Origin: Fibrobacterales bacterium
GTDB taxonomy: Bacteria > Fibrobacterota > Fibrobacteria > Fibrobacterales > JAOPTW01
Reading direction: 5' to 3'
Length of the DNA stretch: 64,000 nucleotides
NCBI GenBank assembly: GCA_051532055.1
Contig: JAOPTX010000038.1
Span: 21,471 to 85,470 of the forward strand
Under the pieces are notes generated by a model. It was not told the origin of the DNA. It saw nothing but the letters and a program-made list of their open reading frames with translations, and made no database searches. Of the stretch, positions 15,471-25,079 are shown in pieces; position 1 is the first letter of the stretch; each line of letters opens with the position of its first letter. The translations under genes were made by a program, and so were the position numbers.

Positions 15471-18013
15471 CCTATACCTATGATATAAAGAGACTGTTTT
15501 TGATGGTATTTGTTTTTTTCTGTAGTTCTGTGATTGCGGAAAGTACGACAGATTCATTGGCTCTAAAAAAACCTACAGGGTTTATTTTTACAGGCGTTCT
15601 ACAGGACTCCCTTTTTATGAAGAGTGATTCTGTTTCATTAGAAGTGTTGGAGAGTGGTGAGCAAATGTATGTGGTATATGCTACTCCATTTGAACTCATT
15701 CTTCCTTTTGATTCCCTTTGGAATATTTGTTTTAGTGACACCCAGAAAGAAAAATGTTACGAGATTACCCATACAACCACAGATTCTGTATTTCATCAAG
15801 CAATAGGTGATGCGGTGAGTAGTGAGATGCTTTTTGATAATCGAGAAGAGGAAGTAGAACTTACTGCATATATTGATACAACGGCACCAGTAATGGATAG
15901 CCTTGAGAATGACCTAAGTAATGATTTGAATCAGACAATTGAGAAGCGTACCAAATTACGTAAGACGGTAGTCCGTTTGAGAAAAAGGCCGAAACGAGCC
16001 TTAGGTAAGACAACTATTTCGGCTAAGTCAATAAGGAGAATGCCGAGTCTAGCAGAGGCTGATGTTATAAAATCAATACAGGCTCTTCCAGGGGTAGTTG
16101 CCAGCTCGGACTTCTCCTCAAAACTCTATGTACGTGGGGCAAGCTCAGACCAAAATCTATTTCTTTTTGACAATGGTATCGTCTATTCACCCATACATTT
16201 TTTTGGTCTCTTCTCAACATTTTTAGTTGAAGGTATTGATGAGGTAAATTTCTATAAAGGTGGCTTTAGCCCAGAGTATGGAAATAGACTCGCATCAGTG
16301 GTTGATGTTCATTCACGAAAAGGAGGGAATGATTCGGCGAATACCTATTTTACTAACTCAACAGTTAAAATCAGTACCTTTGCAGGTCAACTTCATTGGG
16401 AAGGGCGACACGATAATGTGCGTTGGTTAATGGCAGGGCGAATGACTTGGTTTAGTTCCATGCTTGATGCATTTAGATGGGTAGGTCTGACCGACCTAGA
16501 AATTGATTATGATTTTTGGGACCTTCAGGGAAATGTTGCGTATGACTTTTCGGAAGATGAAAGTATTATGACGAGCATGTACCGTGGAGAAGATGAGTTA
16601 GACTTTGGACCTTTTAAAGTTGGGTGGGGTAATGAACTCTACGCTACAAATTATATTCATAATAATGTGTATGAAAATGTTAATCTATCTGGGTCTGCGA
16701 GTTATAGTAAATTCCACCAGATGTTTGGTTTACAGGGAATTAGTAGTTTTAAAAATGAGATGTGGGGGGTTGTTCTTAAGGGGGGTGTTCGGTATACTGG
16801 AATGAGTGATCAGCAGGTTACCGTTGGTGTTGAATCGCAACTTCTCGATATTGCCTTTATTCAAGAGTTTAAAGGAGGACAAAGTAATGACTCTGCTGAG
16901 AGTGAAGCATCAGATTTTACGAGTATTGATCAGTATGATTTTTGGCTTCATTCGACTTTTATAGAAGATAAATATACTGCTGGTGATATAACCATTACAC
17001 CAGGTCTTCGTGCTTCACTCCATAGTGATCTGATGAATGTGTATTTTGAACCCCGAATATCCTTTCAATTTCAATTGCCCGCAAAACAGGTTATTGATTT
17101 TCATTTAGGACATTATAAACAGTTTATTAATAATCTACAGTTTAGTGATCAAGAGAGTATCAATGAATTTTATTATCCGACACGTAAAACGAATTTTACT
17201 GAAATGAAACCATCAGAGTCTAACTTACTTTCACTTGGTTTTTTCAGACCTCAAGTGCTTGGTATGTTTGATGTAACACTTGAAACTTATTATAAAACAT
17301 TTAAAAACCTCTATGTGTTTGATATTAATGGGACTGCTGATAGTATTGTGCAAAGTAGAGATAATGTGTTTGGTGATTTCTTTAAGATGGGCGAAGGGTA
17401 TAGTTATGGATTTGAGGCGCTCATTCGAAAAGATGCAGGAAAAGTATTTGGTGGTGTGAGTTATACTTATGGCCGTTCAATAGTACAAGACCTTGGCTCT
17501 GATGCTACAGGGGATGAAAAACAAGCAGCGGCATATTCTGCTAATTGGGATCAGACTCATAGTGTGAAAATAGATGCAGGGATAAATTGGAGGGGGAAGG
17601 ATGGTATATGGAAACACAGTGTACCGGGCCGGTATTGGAACAGTTCAATAGCGATTAAATATGCTACAGGGCTACCCTATTCTGAAGTTGCAGGTCACCT
17701 TGCTACCCATGAAATTGATCAAGGCAATGGAGTGTCGCCTGGTGGGCCAACTCCTGGTTATGAGAATAATACCTCGGTACCATTGCGCGGACGAAATGAA
17801 GCCCGATATCCCCCTTATTTTAGGTTTGACATTAAGCTATTTGATATCGGTAGAGAGGGGAAATGGAATCTCTCATTTACTATAATTAATGTTACAAATC
17901 ATGAGAATGTATTCCAGTACTTTTATGATACCAGCGGTGATATCCCTATACGTGAAGAGTTTAATCAATTGCCCTTTTTACCTGTGTTTCTCAACTACGA
18001 ATATCGCTTTTAG
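15467..18013 (+). CDS. TonB-dependent outer-membrane receptor
   Basis: ATGA overlap with the padR stop; signal peptide; plug 'DVIKSIQALPGV...LYVRG...QNLFLFD...HFFGLFS...YKGGFSPEYGNRL'; 'EPRIS', 'GYSYGFE'; C-terminal Phe. Confidence 0.92.
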   Translation: MTYTYDIKRLFLMVFVFFCSSVIAESTTDSLALKKPTGFIFTGVLQDSLFMKSDSVSLEVLESGEQMYVVYATPFELILPFDSLWNICFSDTQKEKCYEITHTTTDSVFHQAIGDAVSSEMLFDNREEEVELTAYIDTTAPVMDSLENDLSNDLNQTIEKRTKLRKTVVRLRKRPKRALGKTTISAKSIRRMPSLAEADVIKSIQALPGVVASSDFSSKLYVRGASSDQNLFLFDNGIVYSPIHFFGLFSTFLVEGIDEVNFYKGGFSPEYGNRLASVVDVHSRKGGNDSANTYFTNSTVKISTFAGQLHWEGRHDNVRWLMAGRMTWFSSMLDAFRWVGLTDLEIDYDFWDLQGNVAYDFSEDESIMTSMYRGEDELDFGPFKVGWGNELYATNYIHNNVYENVNLSGSASYSKFHQMFGLQGISSFKNEMWGVVLKGGVRYTGMSDQQVTVGVESQLLDIAFIQEFKGGQSNDSAESEASDFTSIDQYDFWLHSTFIEDKYTAGDITITPGLRASLHSDLMNVYFEPRISFQFQLPAKQVIDFHLGHYKQFINNLQFSDQESINEFYYPTRKTNFTEMKPSESNLLSLGFFRPQVLGMFDVTLETYYKTFKNLYVFDINGTADSIVQSRDNVFGDFFKMGEGYSYGFEALIRKDAGKVFGGVSYTYGRSIVQDLGSDATGDEKQAAAYSANWDQTHSVKIDAGINWRGKDGIWKHSVPGRYWNSSIAIKYATGLPYSEVAGHLATHEIDQGNGVSPGGPTPGYENNTSVPLRGRNEARYPPYFRFDIKLFDIGREGKWNLSFTIINVTNHENVFQYFYDTSGDIPIREEFNQLPFLPVFLNYEYRF

Positions 18014-18022
18014 GAGAATAGT

Positions 18023-19876
18023 ATGAATAAAATTTTTGGATTATTAATTGCGTTATTACTTTTAGGGTGTGAATCGATTCCCGGGCCGTGGGAATATTCC
18101 CCAGAAGCAGAGCAACCGTATAATGGCCTGTATGTTACTGCAACGTTGATTGCGGACAGACCGGTGTCAGAAGTCTATGTAGAAATGCTTCATGAACTGA
18201 ATGAAGTGCGGACGCTGTACTTTAATTTTTATGATTCTGCATCGGTGTCACTTACTCATAATGGAGTACAATATCCTCTTACGCCGAGTAGTGATGCTGC
18301 AAATAGTTTTGTGAGTGATTCGAGTCTCATTATTTTGCGAGGTGAGCTGTACACTTTGGCTGGATCTATTTGGTGGGATAGTCTTGGAACTCCTGTTGTA
18401 ACAACGTTTTCAGCAGAAACTCAAGTACCATTATCGTTTAACTTAAAAGACACTGCAAATTTGACATTACCCTCACTGGCAGCGAAGCCATCCGATTCGA
18501 CTCAATATCTTCAATGGTTTGGTTTGCTTGATACTCAAATTCAATTAGAATTACTAACCAAGTTTCAAAGTGAATTATTAGTACTATATGCAGACCTTCT
18601 ACCCCAAATATATGATGATACGGGCCAACCTGATTTTGAAAAAATACCTCAGCTCCTTCAGCAAAATCCTGAACGGTTAATGCAATTTATGGGGGAAAAT
18701 ATAGATGTACTCTATGATGAAGCGGTAAGAATTGATGGGACGTTAGAAAAAGTGAGTTATTACAGTCGAGGTGATACTATTAATTACTTGTATGGCACCC
18801 AAAATACCAGCCAGCATATCTATCCAACAGCATATAGTGATGATGTTGAAGCAGTATTAGTTACTCATGCTTTTGATGATAGTGCATCGACCTTTCCTAA
18901 AAATGCATTTGACCTTGAACAGTTTGTGGGTATACCTTCAAAAGCTGCTGACTACTACTATAATGGGGACTTGAGAAGGCTCATTATATATCCTCAACAG
19001 GAGAGCCCGAACGGAGGATTGCTCCTCGATAATATCGCAGTGTTTAATGTGTGGTATGTTGGCGGGTATAACAAGGTCTACTTTTATGCCTACGATCGTG
19101 AATATTTTAAATATGTTGATGGGACCATTAGTGCTGAAAGTGATACAAAAACACCGCCAGTTTATAATATAAATGGTGCTCGCGGATTCTTTTCAAGTGC
19201 TGTTGTAGATTCATTTGATTTCGTGGTCCGGATAGATTCTACAGAAGACTTTTTTAGTCGAGATGAGACAATTGTTGATCGATGTAGTAAAGACTGGGGG
19301 GACACTCAGCGATGTAGGAATTATCTAGAACCCTGGTGTGAATCAATTCGCTTTACTAATGAAGTGTGTCATCCCATTTTTATATCTCAAAAGCTCGATG
19401 GATATCTTGATACAATTGAGTTTCCTCAGCTTTTGAAGGGGTGGGAGCAGGAGCTTGACTCTATTTGGCAAATACCAGTGGATTCGTTAATGACTTTTGA
19501 CTCTGTAACACAGGCGCTCCCTGAAAATAATGAGATTATGGAGCGTAATACTTACTTGATTCAGAATAGCAAATTAGAATTTTCAGTAGAGGAAGGTTTT
19601 ATGCGTTATTGTCTTTATGAGAATTATCTTTCACCACTGTGTGATTCCATAAAAATCCAGGCAATGACCAAAAATGAAGATACAAAAGAGAAGGGTCAAC
19701 TCTTTGATTACTGTAATGATAGAGAATGGGATAGAACTCTGTTTCCACAATGTGGGCCAGGGTTGGTTCTCTTTGTTGACCAATTTAAGGATGAAGGAAG
19801 ATATTCACGGGTGCTCGAAAAAGAGGTGTTTAAATACTGTTCCGAAAACCCACAACAGACTGTTTGTATACAATAG
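18023..19876 (+). CDS. Lipoprotein partner of the receptor (DUF4249-like) with Cys-rich C-terminal extension
   Basis: Lipobox 'LLGC'; 'YFKY...YNINGARGFFSS' resembles the DUF4249 C-terminus; 10 Cys in the last ~200 aa. Confidence 0.65.
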   Translation: MNKIFGLLIALLLLGCESIPGPWEYSPEAEQPYNGLYVTATLIADRPVSEVYVEMLHELNEVRTLYFNFYDSASVSLTHNGVQYPLTPSSDAANSFVSDSSLIILRGELYTLAGSIWWDSLGTPVVTTFSAETQVPLSFNLKDTANLTLPSLAAKPSDSTQYLQWFGLLDTQIQLELLTKFQSELLVLYADLLPQIYDDTGQPDFEKIPQLLQQNPERLMQFMGENIDVLYDEAVRIDGTLEKVSYYSRGDTINYLYGTQNTSQHIYPTAYSDDVEAVLVTHAFDDSASTFPKNAFDLEQFVGIPSKAADYYYNGDLRRLIIYPQQESPNGGLLLDNIAVFNVWYVGGYNKVYFYAYDREYFKYVDGTISAESDTKTPPVYNINGARGFFSSAVVDSFDFVVRIDSTEDFFSRDETIVDRCSKDWGDTQRCRNYLEPWCESIRFTNEVCHPIFISQKLDGYLDTIEFPQLLKGWEQELDSIWQIPVDSLMTFDSVTQALPENNEIMERNTYLIQNSKLEFSVEEGFMRYCLYENYLSPLCDSIKIQAMTKNEDTKEKGQLFDYCNDREWDRTLFPQCGPGLVLFVDQFKDEGRYSRVLEKEVFKYCSENPQQTVCIQ

Positions 19877-19885
19877 AGGAAAAGA

Positions 19886-20731
19886 ATGAAACGACGTACC
19901 ATCACTATACCAGCAACTATTTTTGCACTTTTGGTGTGCTTGAATGTTGAGATGTTTGCTAATAATGCAAATGCAATCGATTCTTTGGAGATGATTAAAA
20001 AATCTCTAACGAAAAATATAAAAGAGCTCGAATCAAAAATTGATCAGACGGATTCATTAAGTCGTATGGAAGAGTCGCGTTTTGCACTTCTTAAGAAAAG
20101 ATACACTGATGATGTTGTCCGTCGAACTGTTGAGCTCGAATCAATTCAAACAGAGTTAAATGATGTTCAAAGTGCCATTCAGAAAGAGGTTCAGCAGCAA
20201 CAATCCCTCGAGGTGAGGATAAAAAATAATAAAGCGTATGCTCAATTTTTAACCAAAAAATTGGCAACTTTAGCAGGGACTGTTGAAACGCTTATTGAAG
20301 TATCTCTTCCTGATAAAAAAAATGTGCGCCTTGAAAGAATCGCAGTATTAAAGCGAGATCTTGAGAGTGGAAATGCTACCCCTGAAGAAGGGTTTGGTCG
20401 TTTGAAATCAATTCTCGCTGAGGAAATTCGTTTCGGAGATGAAGTAGTGATTACTACAACATCCATTGTGAGGATAGATGGTGAAGTAGCAAATGTGAAG
20501 ATGCTCCGCATTGGGAATCAGTGGATGGTCTACGTCGATGAAGATGAAAAGTTATATGGTGTTTTAAAAAGAAACAGAGCAGAAGGGGCCCTTTCTTATG
20601 TTTGGAAAGAGGAGTTGGATTTCTCTGAACGTGAAATGGTAAGAAATGCTATTGATGTTAAGCTTGCAAAAAGAGCTCCAGAGATTGTTTCGCTTCCGTT
20701 ATCACTCTCTCTCATAAGTGAGGTTAAATAA
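19886..20731 (+). CDS. DUF3450 / TtpB-like periplasmic coiled-coil protein
   Basis: Signal peptide, coiled coil, 'SLP...RLERI...EEIRFG...MLRIG...W...AP...LP' pattern; sits immediately upstream of the large ExbB. Confidence 0.8.
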   Translation: MKRRTITIPATIFALLVCLNVEMFANNANAIDSLEMIKKSLTKNIKELESKIDQTDSLSRMEESRFALLKKRYTDDVVRRTVELESIQTELNDVQSAIQKEVQQQQSLEVRIKNNKAYAQFLTKKLATLAGTVETLIEVSLPDKKNVRLERIAVLKRDLESGNATPEEGFGRLKSILAEEIRFGDEVVITTTSIVRIDGEVANVKMLRIGNQWMVYVDEDEKLYGVLKRNRAEGALSYVWKEELDFSEREMVRNAIDVKLAKRAPEIVSLPLSLSLISEVK

Positions 20732-22227
20732 TGAAAAAGATTATTGGTGTTGTATTAATGGCTTTATTTACAGGATTACCTCTGGGTGCTGCTGAAAAAA
20801 ATGATGCAGAAATAGAAAAAATTGCACTTCTCAAAAAAGAGATTACAGCACTTAAGTCCTTAAAAAATGAGAAGCTCAATGTACTTGAAAAAAAGGAAGC
20901 CGACCGTTGGAATGCTCGATATAAACAGAATATTCAGTCAAAAGAGTTTGAAGATAAAACTCGAATGCTTGAGTCTCGTTATACAAAGTTAGCATCGACA
21001 GCAGCTATTAGAAAAGATGAATTGCAGCGATTCAAGCGATTTACTGAAGAGGAAGGTGAACGTCTTGAAGTATTAAATGCACGTGCTGAAGGTTTTAAAA
21101 CAGAAGTAAAGCAGAGTATTGATAAACAAGCTCAGGACTTAAGTCAGGATATGCCACTCCATATTACCAAACGGACCGCAAAGTTATCAAAGGCTTCTTC
21201 TCTTGCAGAATCAAATAATTCAATTCACGAAGCTATCGAGCTCTATGTTGAAGAACGTACGGCGCGTCTAGAATTGACGGTTACTCAAGAGTTAATTCAA
21301 CAAAACAGTATTGTGGCTGGAATTGCAGATGTTCCAGTGAAACAGCTTCGCTTAGGTACTGTATTTATTGGCGAGTTGGAACGTGGTGGGCAAAATAGAG
21401 TGCAAACTCTTCTCAGAACTGGTCAGCTACAAGGAAAGATATTTACCTGGAGAAGCAACCTTGAAGAGTCCTATGAGAAAGGGGTGGCCACAGCGATTAG
21501 TGCAGCAGTGGGTGCAAAAGTATCGGCGGTTATTCCAATGGATGTGTTACAGAACAAATCTTTGGGGCGTGGCTTTACTAAAGATGCGAAAAGCGGCTTT
21601 TGGATAGAGATACAGACATGGTTTGGTAAAGGTGGTGTGGTGATGTACCCATTGATTGGTTGCGCAATTCTTGCATTTATACTTGCATTAGAGCGGCTAT
21701 TACTCTATCGTAAAAGAGGACGTTCTGAAGAACGGTTTATGAAAACTATTAGACCAATGGTTCGCAAAAAAGACTGGGAAGGAGTTAAAAAAGTGTGTAA
21801 CTCTAGTAAGTCAAGTTTAAGTTGTGTAATCCACGCTATTATGAATAGTGTTCAGGGTAGTAGAGATGGAGCAGAAAAAGCGGTAAAAGAGAATTTGCTT
21901 AAAGAGCTCCCTGAACTAGAAAAAAGGTTGGGGATTGTAGCTGCTCTTGGGGCTTCTGCACCACTTCTTGGTCTTTTAGGGACGGTATCTGGTATGATTA
22001 CGCTATTCATGGTTATTACAGATGTGGGGACCAATGACCCTAAAATACTTGCAGGAGGTATTTCGGAAGCATTGGTGACAACTCAGACTGGTCTTGTGAT
22101 CGCGATACCTATTCTCCTTATTCATGGTTACCTTTCAGAAAAACTAGAATCGATTACGGCAAACCTACAAGGCTATAGTATGGAAGTACTCAATAAAATT
22201 TGGCCTGATTCAACTTCGGAGCTGTAA
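20731..22227 (+). CDS. TtpC-like large MotA/TolQ/ExbB protein
   Basis: Signal peptide, long periplasmic coiled coil, 'GGVVMYPL', 'APLLGLLGTVSGMI...AGGISEALVTT'. Confidence 0.88.
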   Translation: MKKIIGVVLMALFTGLPLGAAEKNDAEIEKIALLKKEITALKSLKNEKLNVLEKKEADRWNARYKQNIQSKEFEDKTRMLESRYTKLASTAAIRKDELQRFKRFTEEEGERLEVLNARAEGFKTEVKQSIDKQAQDLSQDMPLHITKRTAKLSKASSLAESNNSIHEAIELYVEERTARLELTVTQELIQQNSIVAGIADVPVKQLRLGTVFIGELERGGQNRVQTLLRTGQLQGKIFTWRSNLEESYEKGVATAISAAVGAKVSAVIPMDVLQNKSLGRGFTKDAKSGFWIEIQTWFGKGGVVMYPLIGCAILAFILALERLLLYRKRGRSEERFMKTIRPMVRKKDWEGVKKVCNSSKSSLSCVIHAIMNSVQGSRDGAEKAVKENLLKELPELEKRLGIVAALGASAPLLGLLGTVSGMITLFMVITDVGTNDPKILAGGISEALVTTQTGLVIAIPILLIHGYLSEKLESITANLQGYSMEVLNKIWPDSTSEL

Positions 22228-22229
22228 CT

Positions 22230-22850
22230 GTGTTGATTGATGCATTATACGAAGCGGTTCAAGCGGGGGGATGGGTCTTGTTGCCAATCTTTTTAGCAGG
22301 TGCCTGGGCTTTTTATATTCTCTTTATGCTCGTTAGAAATATAGGGTATGATATGTATCGGCCCGACACACATGCGATGATAAATGAGATGAGTCATTTG
22401 GTACAGCAAAAACGATATACAGAGGCTGAACGTTTATTGAAAGCAAATCCTGGAATTATTTCTCGAAATTTACGTCTAGCTATTAAATTTCATCGTTCAA
22501 AAGGTGTGGGCCTTAATAATATTTTAAAAGAGAGGATTGGGAAAAACCTCATTAATATTGACAAAGGACTACAATTTGCTGTGGTACTTGCGGGGCTCGC
22601 CCCACTGCTTGGTCTTCTTGGGACAGTTACAGGGATGATGAGTACCTTTGATGTAATTACTCTCTATGGAAACTCAAATCCGGGTTTGATGGCAGGAGGT
22701 ATTTCCGAGGCGTTGATTACTACACAGTCGGGCCTAGTTATAGCATTTCCACTTGTGTTACTTATACATAGAGTTGAAGACAGAATTCATTGGGTTAAAA
22801 AGCAAATTGAGCTTGGTGTAACCCTAATATTAAAAGAACTTAATAATTAA
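22230..22850 (+). CDS. exbB: ExbB proton-channel protein
   Basis: 'APLLGLLGTVTGM...MAGGISEALITTQSGL'. Confidence 0.9.
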   Translation: MLIDALYEAVQAGGWVLLPIFLAGAWAFYILFMLVRNIGYDMYRPDTHAMINEMSHLVQQKRYTEAERLLKANPGIISRNLRLAIKFHRSKGVGLNNILKERIGKNLINIDKGLQFAVVLAGLAPLLGLLGTVTGMMSTFDVITLYGNSNPGLMAGGISEALITTQSGLVIAFPLVLLIHRVEDRIHWVKKQIELGVTLILKELNN

Positions 22851-22859
22851 GGAAGAAGT

Positions 22860-23267
22860 ATGGATCAGTTTGAACTTCCAAAAAGAGAACGTAAAGCGGC
22901 CAATATAGATATTGCTCCGATGCTTGATATGGTATTTATTCTCTTGATATTTTTTATCGTTACCAGTAGTTTCACAAGGGAAACAGGGGTGGATGTTACT
23001 AAGCCTCAAGCAAAATCTGCATCTGAAGTCAATAAAGAAAATATTATGATTGCTATTACACGTGAAGGAACAGTGCATGTTAACGAACGTCAGGTAGATC
23101 TGATAACGTTGAAGGATGTTTTGGGGCAGATGATCTCGAAAAACCCCGATCGAGAGGTGATACTTATTGCAGATCAAGATTCTAATACGGGTGCAGTGGT
23201 AAATGTTATAGATGTCTGTAATTTGACTGGGGTTAAGAAAGTCTCTATAGCAGCACTTTCAAAGTAG
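22860..23267 (+). CDS. exbD: ExbD
   Basis: 'IDIAPMLDMVFILLIFFIVT', 'ILIAD'. Confidence 0.92.
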   Translation: MDQFELPKRERKAANIDIAPMLDMVFILLIFFIVTSSFTRETGVDVTKPQAKSASEVNKENIMIAITREGTVHVNERQVDLITLKDVLGQMISKNPDREVILIADQDSNTGAVVNVIDVCNLTGVKKVSIAALSK

Positions 23268-23273
23268 GCGAAA

Positions 23274-23924
23274 ATGAGTGGAAATAAATCAAATAAAAAA
23301 GATCTTGGAACCCGTGTATTATTCGGTTTGCTCGCTGCTCTGCTCAGTGGGCTATTGATACTTTCAATGCCAATAGTCAGTTCTATTGTTAAGGGAGATC
23401 TTTTTAAAGCTAAAGATAAAAAAAATACTGAACTCGTATTAAAAAAGGTGGATCTCCAAAAGCCGAAACCAAAACCTAAAAAAGAGCGACGTAAACCAAA
23501 ACGCAATAAACCAAATCATAGGAATGTTAAGTCAGGACCGCGATTTGCCATGAATTTGGATGTAGCAGGGGCAGGTGGGGCAAGTGTCTCTCTTGACTTA
23601 ATTAATAAATCTCGAGGTGATGGAGGTGGACAGAGTGGTGATGTTGATAGTAAGCCTCGCCCTCTTGCTCAGTGTGAGATGAGTGTACCTGATGCCATAA
23701 TTGAATCAGAAGTCAATGCATCAGTTACAGTGAGTTTCTGCATTGATGTATCTGGGGGCGCCTATGAAGTGCGAATATTGAACGAAGAACCTATTGGTAT
23801 GGGTCTCGGAAATAATAGTATTAGGGCGATTCAAGATTGTGCCTTTGAGCCAGCACTCAGAGATAATGAAGCGGTACCCTTTTGTGGTATGGAAAAAGAG
23901 TTTGAATTTAGATTTAGCGAGTAA
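23274..23924 (+). CDS. tonB: TonB energy transducer
   Basis: N-terminal TM, Lys/Pro-rich linker, TonB C-terminal-like 'VTVSFCIDVSG...FEPA...G...F'. Confidence 0.8.
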   Translation: MSGNKSNKKDLGTRVLFGLLAALLSGLLILSMPIVSSIVKGDLFKAKDKKNTELVLKKVDLQKPKPKPKKERRKPKRNKPNHRNVKSGPRFAMNLDVAGAGGASVSLDLINKSRGDGGGQSGDVDSKPRPLAQCEMSVPDAIIESEVNASVTVSFCIDVSGGAYEVRILNEEPIGMGLGNNSIRAIQDCAFEPALRDNEAVPFCGMEKEFEFRFSE

Positions 23925-23926
23925 TT

Positions 23927-24997
23927 ATGAGTAAAGTAAATAAGCTATTGTTGATGCTCGTCATGGTGTTGATGAGTCAAATAGGCTATACAGCGCCAGG
24001 CAATGTACAAAATAGTGCACAGGTAGTTGAGCGTGCAAATAAGCTCTACATCAGTGGGAAATTTTATAAAGCAGTTATACTGTATCGAAAAGCTTTATTG
24101 CGTGGAGCACCACCTATTGCGACCTCCATTAATATTGGAAATTGTTATTATCGGCTGCAAAAACTTCCTGAGGCAGCTGCATCATTTCGCAAAGCGGTAC
24201 GTTATTCTGAGGGCTCGAATACTACTGCGTTGTTTAATCTTGCAGGGGTTTTGTATCATCTGAAACAATACGGTGAAAGTATTGCAGTGTATCATCGCGC
24301 ACTTGATCTCGATCCTGAAAATATAGGGGCATGGCTTTATATTGCTGAAGCTTATGCAAAGACGGAAGATTTTGTTGGTGCCCAACGTGCTCTTGAAAAA
24401 GCACTGAAGCTTGAACCCGAAGATGTTACCATTGTATATCAACTAGCTGAAGTTCATGTAAGCTTGCAAGAATTTGAAAGGGCGATTGAATTGGTGAGAG
24501 AGGCCTATCGACGCAATCCTGAAGAAGTTGATTATCTATATTATATGGGCGACCTTTATCGTATGTCTGGTAATTTGGATCTTGCTGCATCAGTCTATAA
24601 AGAAGGCGTTTCAATTGAGCCCGATAATCATGAAGTACTTTATAAACTTGCTGATGTACTTACCCGGAGTGAGAAGCCTTTTCTTGCAATGGAGTATCTC
24701 CAAAAGGCATTGATAGCTAAGCCAGACTTTACCGATGCATCAATTTTCTTGGGCAATCTTGCCTATGATGCTGAGTGGTGGGACCGGGCTGAGGAATACT
24801 ATATTAAAGCTGCTCCTACTAGTGTTGAGGGAGTTCAAGGGCTTAAAAATCTCGCATATGAATTTGAAAATAAGGGTGAGCTTGAGGTAAGTTTGAGACT
24901 TCTTGAAAAGGCGCTCTCATATGCACCCAACGACCGAATGTTGATCAATGAGCTACGGGAGTTCAATGTTCGGAAAAGTGAGTTTGAAGAGGGGTAG
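23927..24997 (+). CDS. Periplasmic TPR protein (TtpD position)
   Basis: Signal peptide and many TPR-like repeats ('ALFNLAGVLY', 'ALDLDPEN', 'ALKLEPED'). Confidence 0.85.
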   Translation: MSKVNKLLLMLVMVLMSQIGYTAPGNVQNSAQVVERANKLYISGKFYKAVILYRKALLRGAPPIATSINIGNCYYRLQKLPEAAASFRKAVRYSEGSNTTALFNLAGVLYHLKQYGESIAVYHRALDLDPENIGAWLYIAEAYAKTEDFVGAQRALEKALKLEPEDVTIVYQLAEVHVSLQEFERAIELVREAYRRNPEEVDYLYYMGDLYRMSGNLDLAASVYKEGVSIEPDNHEVLYKLADVLTRSEKPFLAMEYLQKALIAKPDFTDASIFLGNLAYDAEWWDRAEEYYIKAAPTSVEGVQGLKNLAYEFENKGELEVSLRLLEKALSYAPNDRMLINELREFNVRKSEFEEG

Positions 24998-25041
24998 AAA
25001 GGGCATTTTTCCTGAAAACAGCTGATTTTTTTTTGAAATTG

Positions 25042-25050
25042 TGGTATAAT
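25042..25050 (+). promoter_or_regulatory. Extended -10 promoter element
   Basis: TGGTATAAT about 30 nt before the kinase start. Confidence 0.45.
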
Positions 25051-25079
25051 CGGAAGGAACTGTTCATAATGGCCCATCT

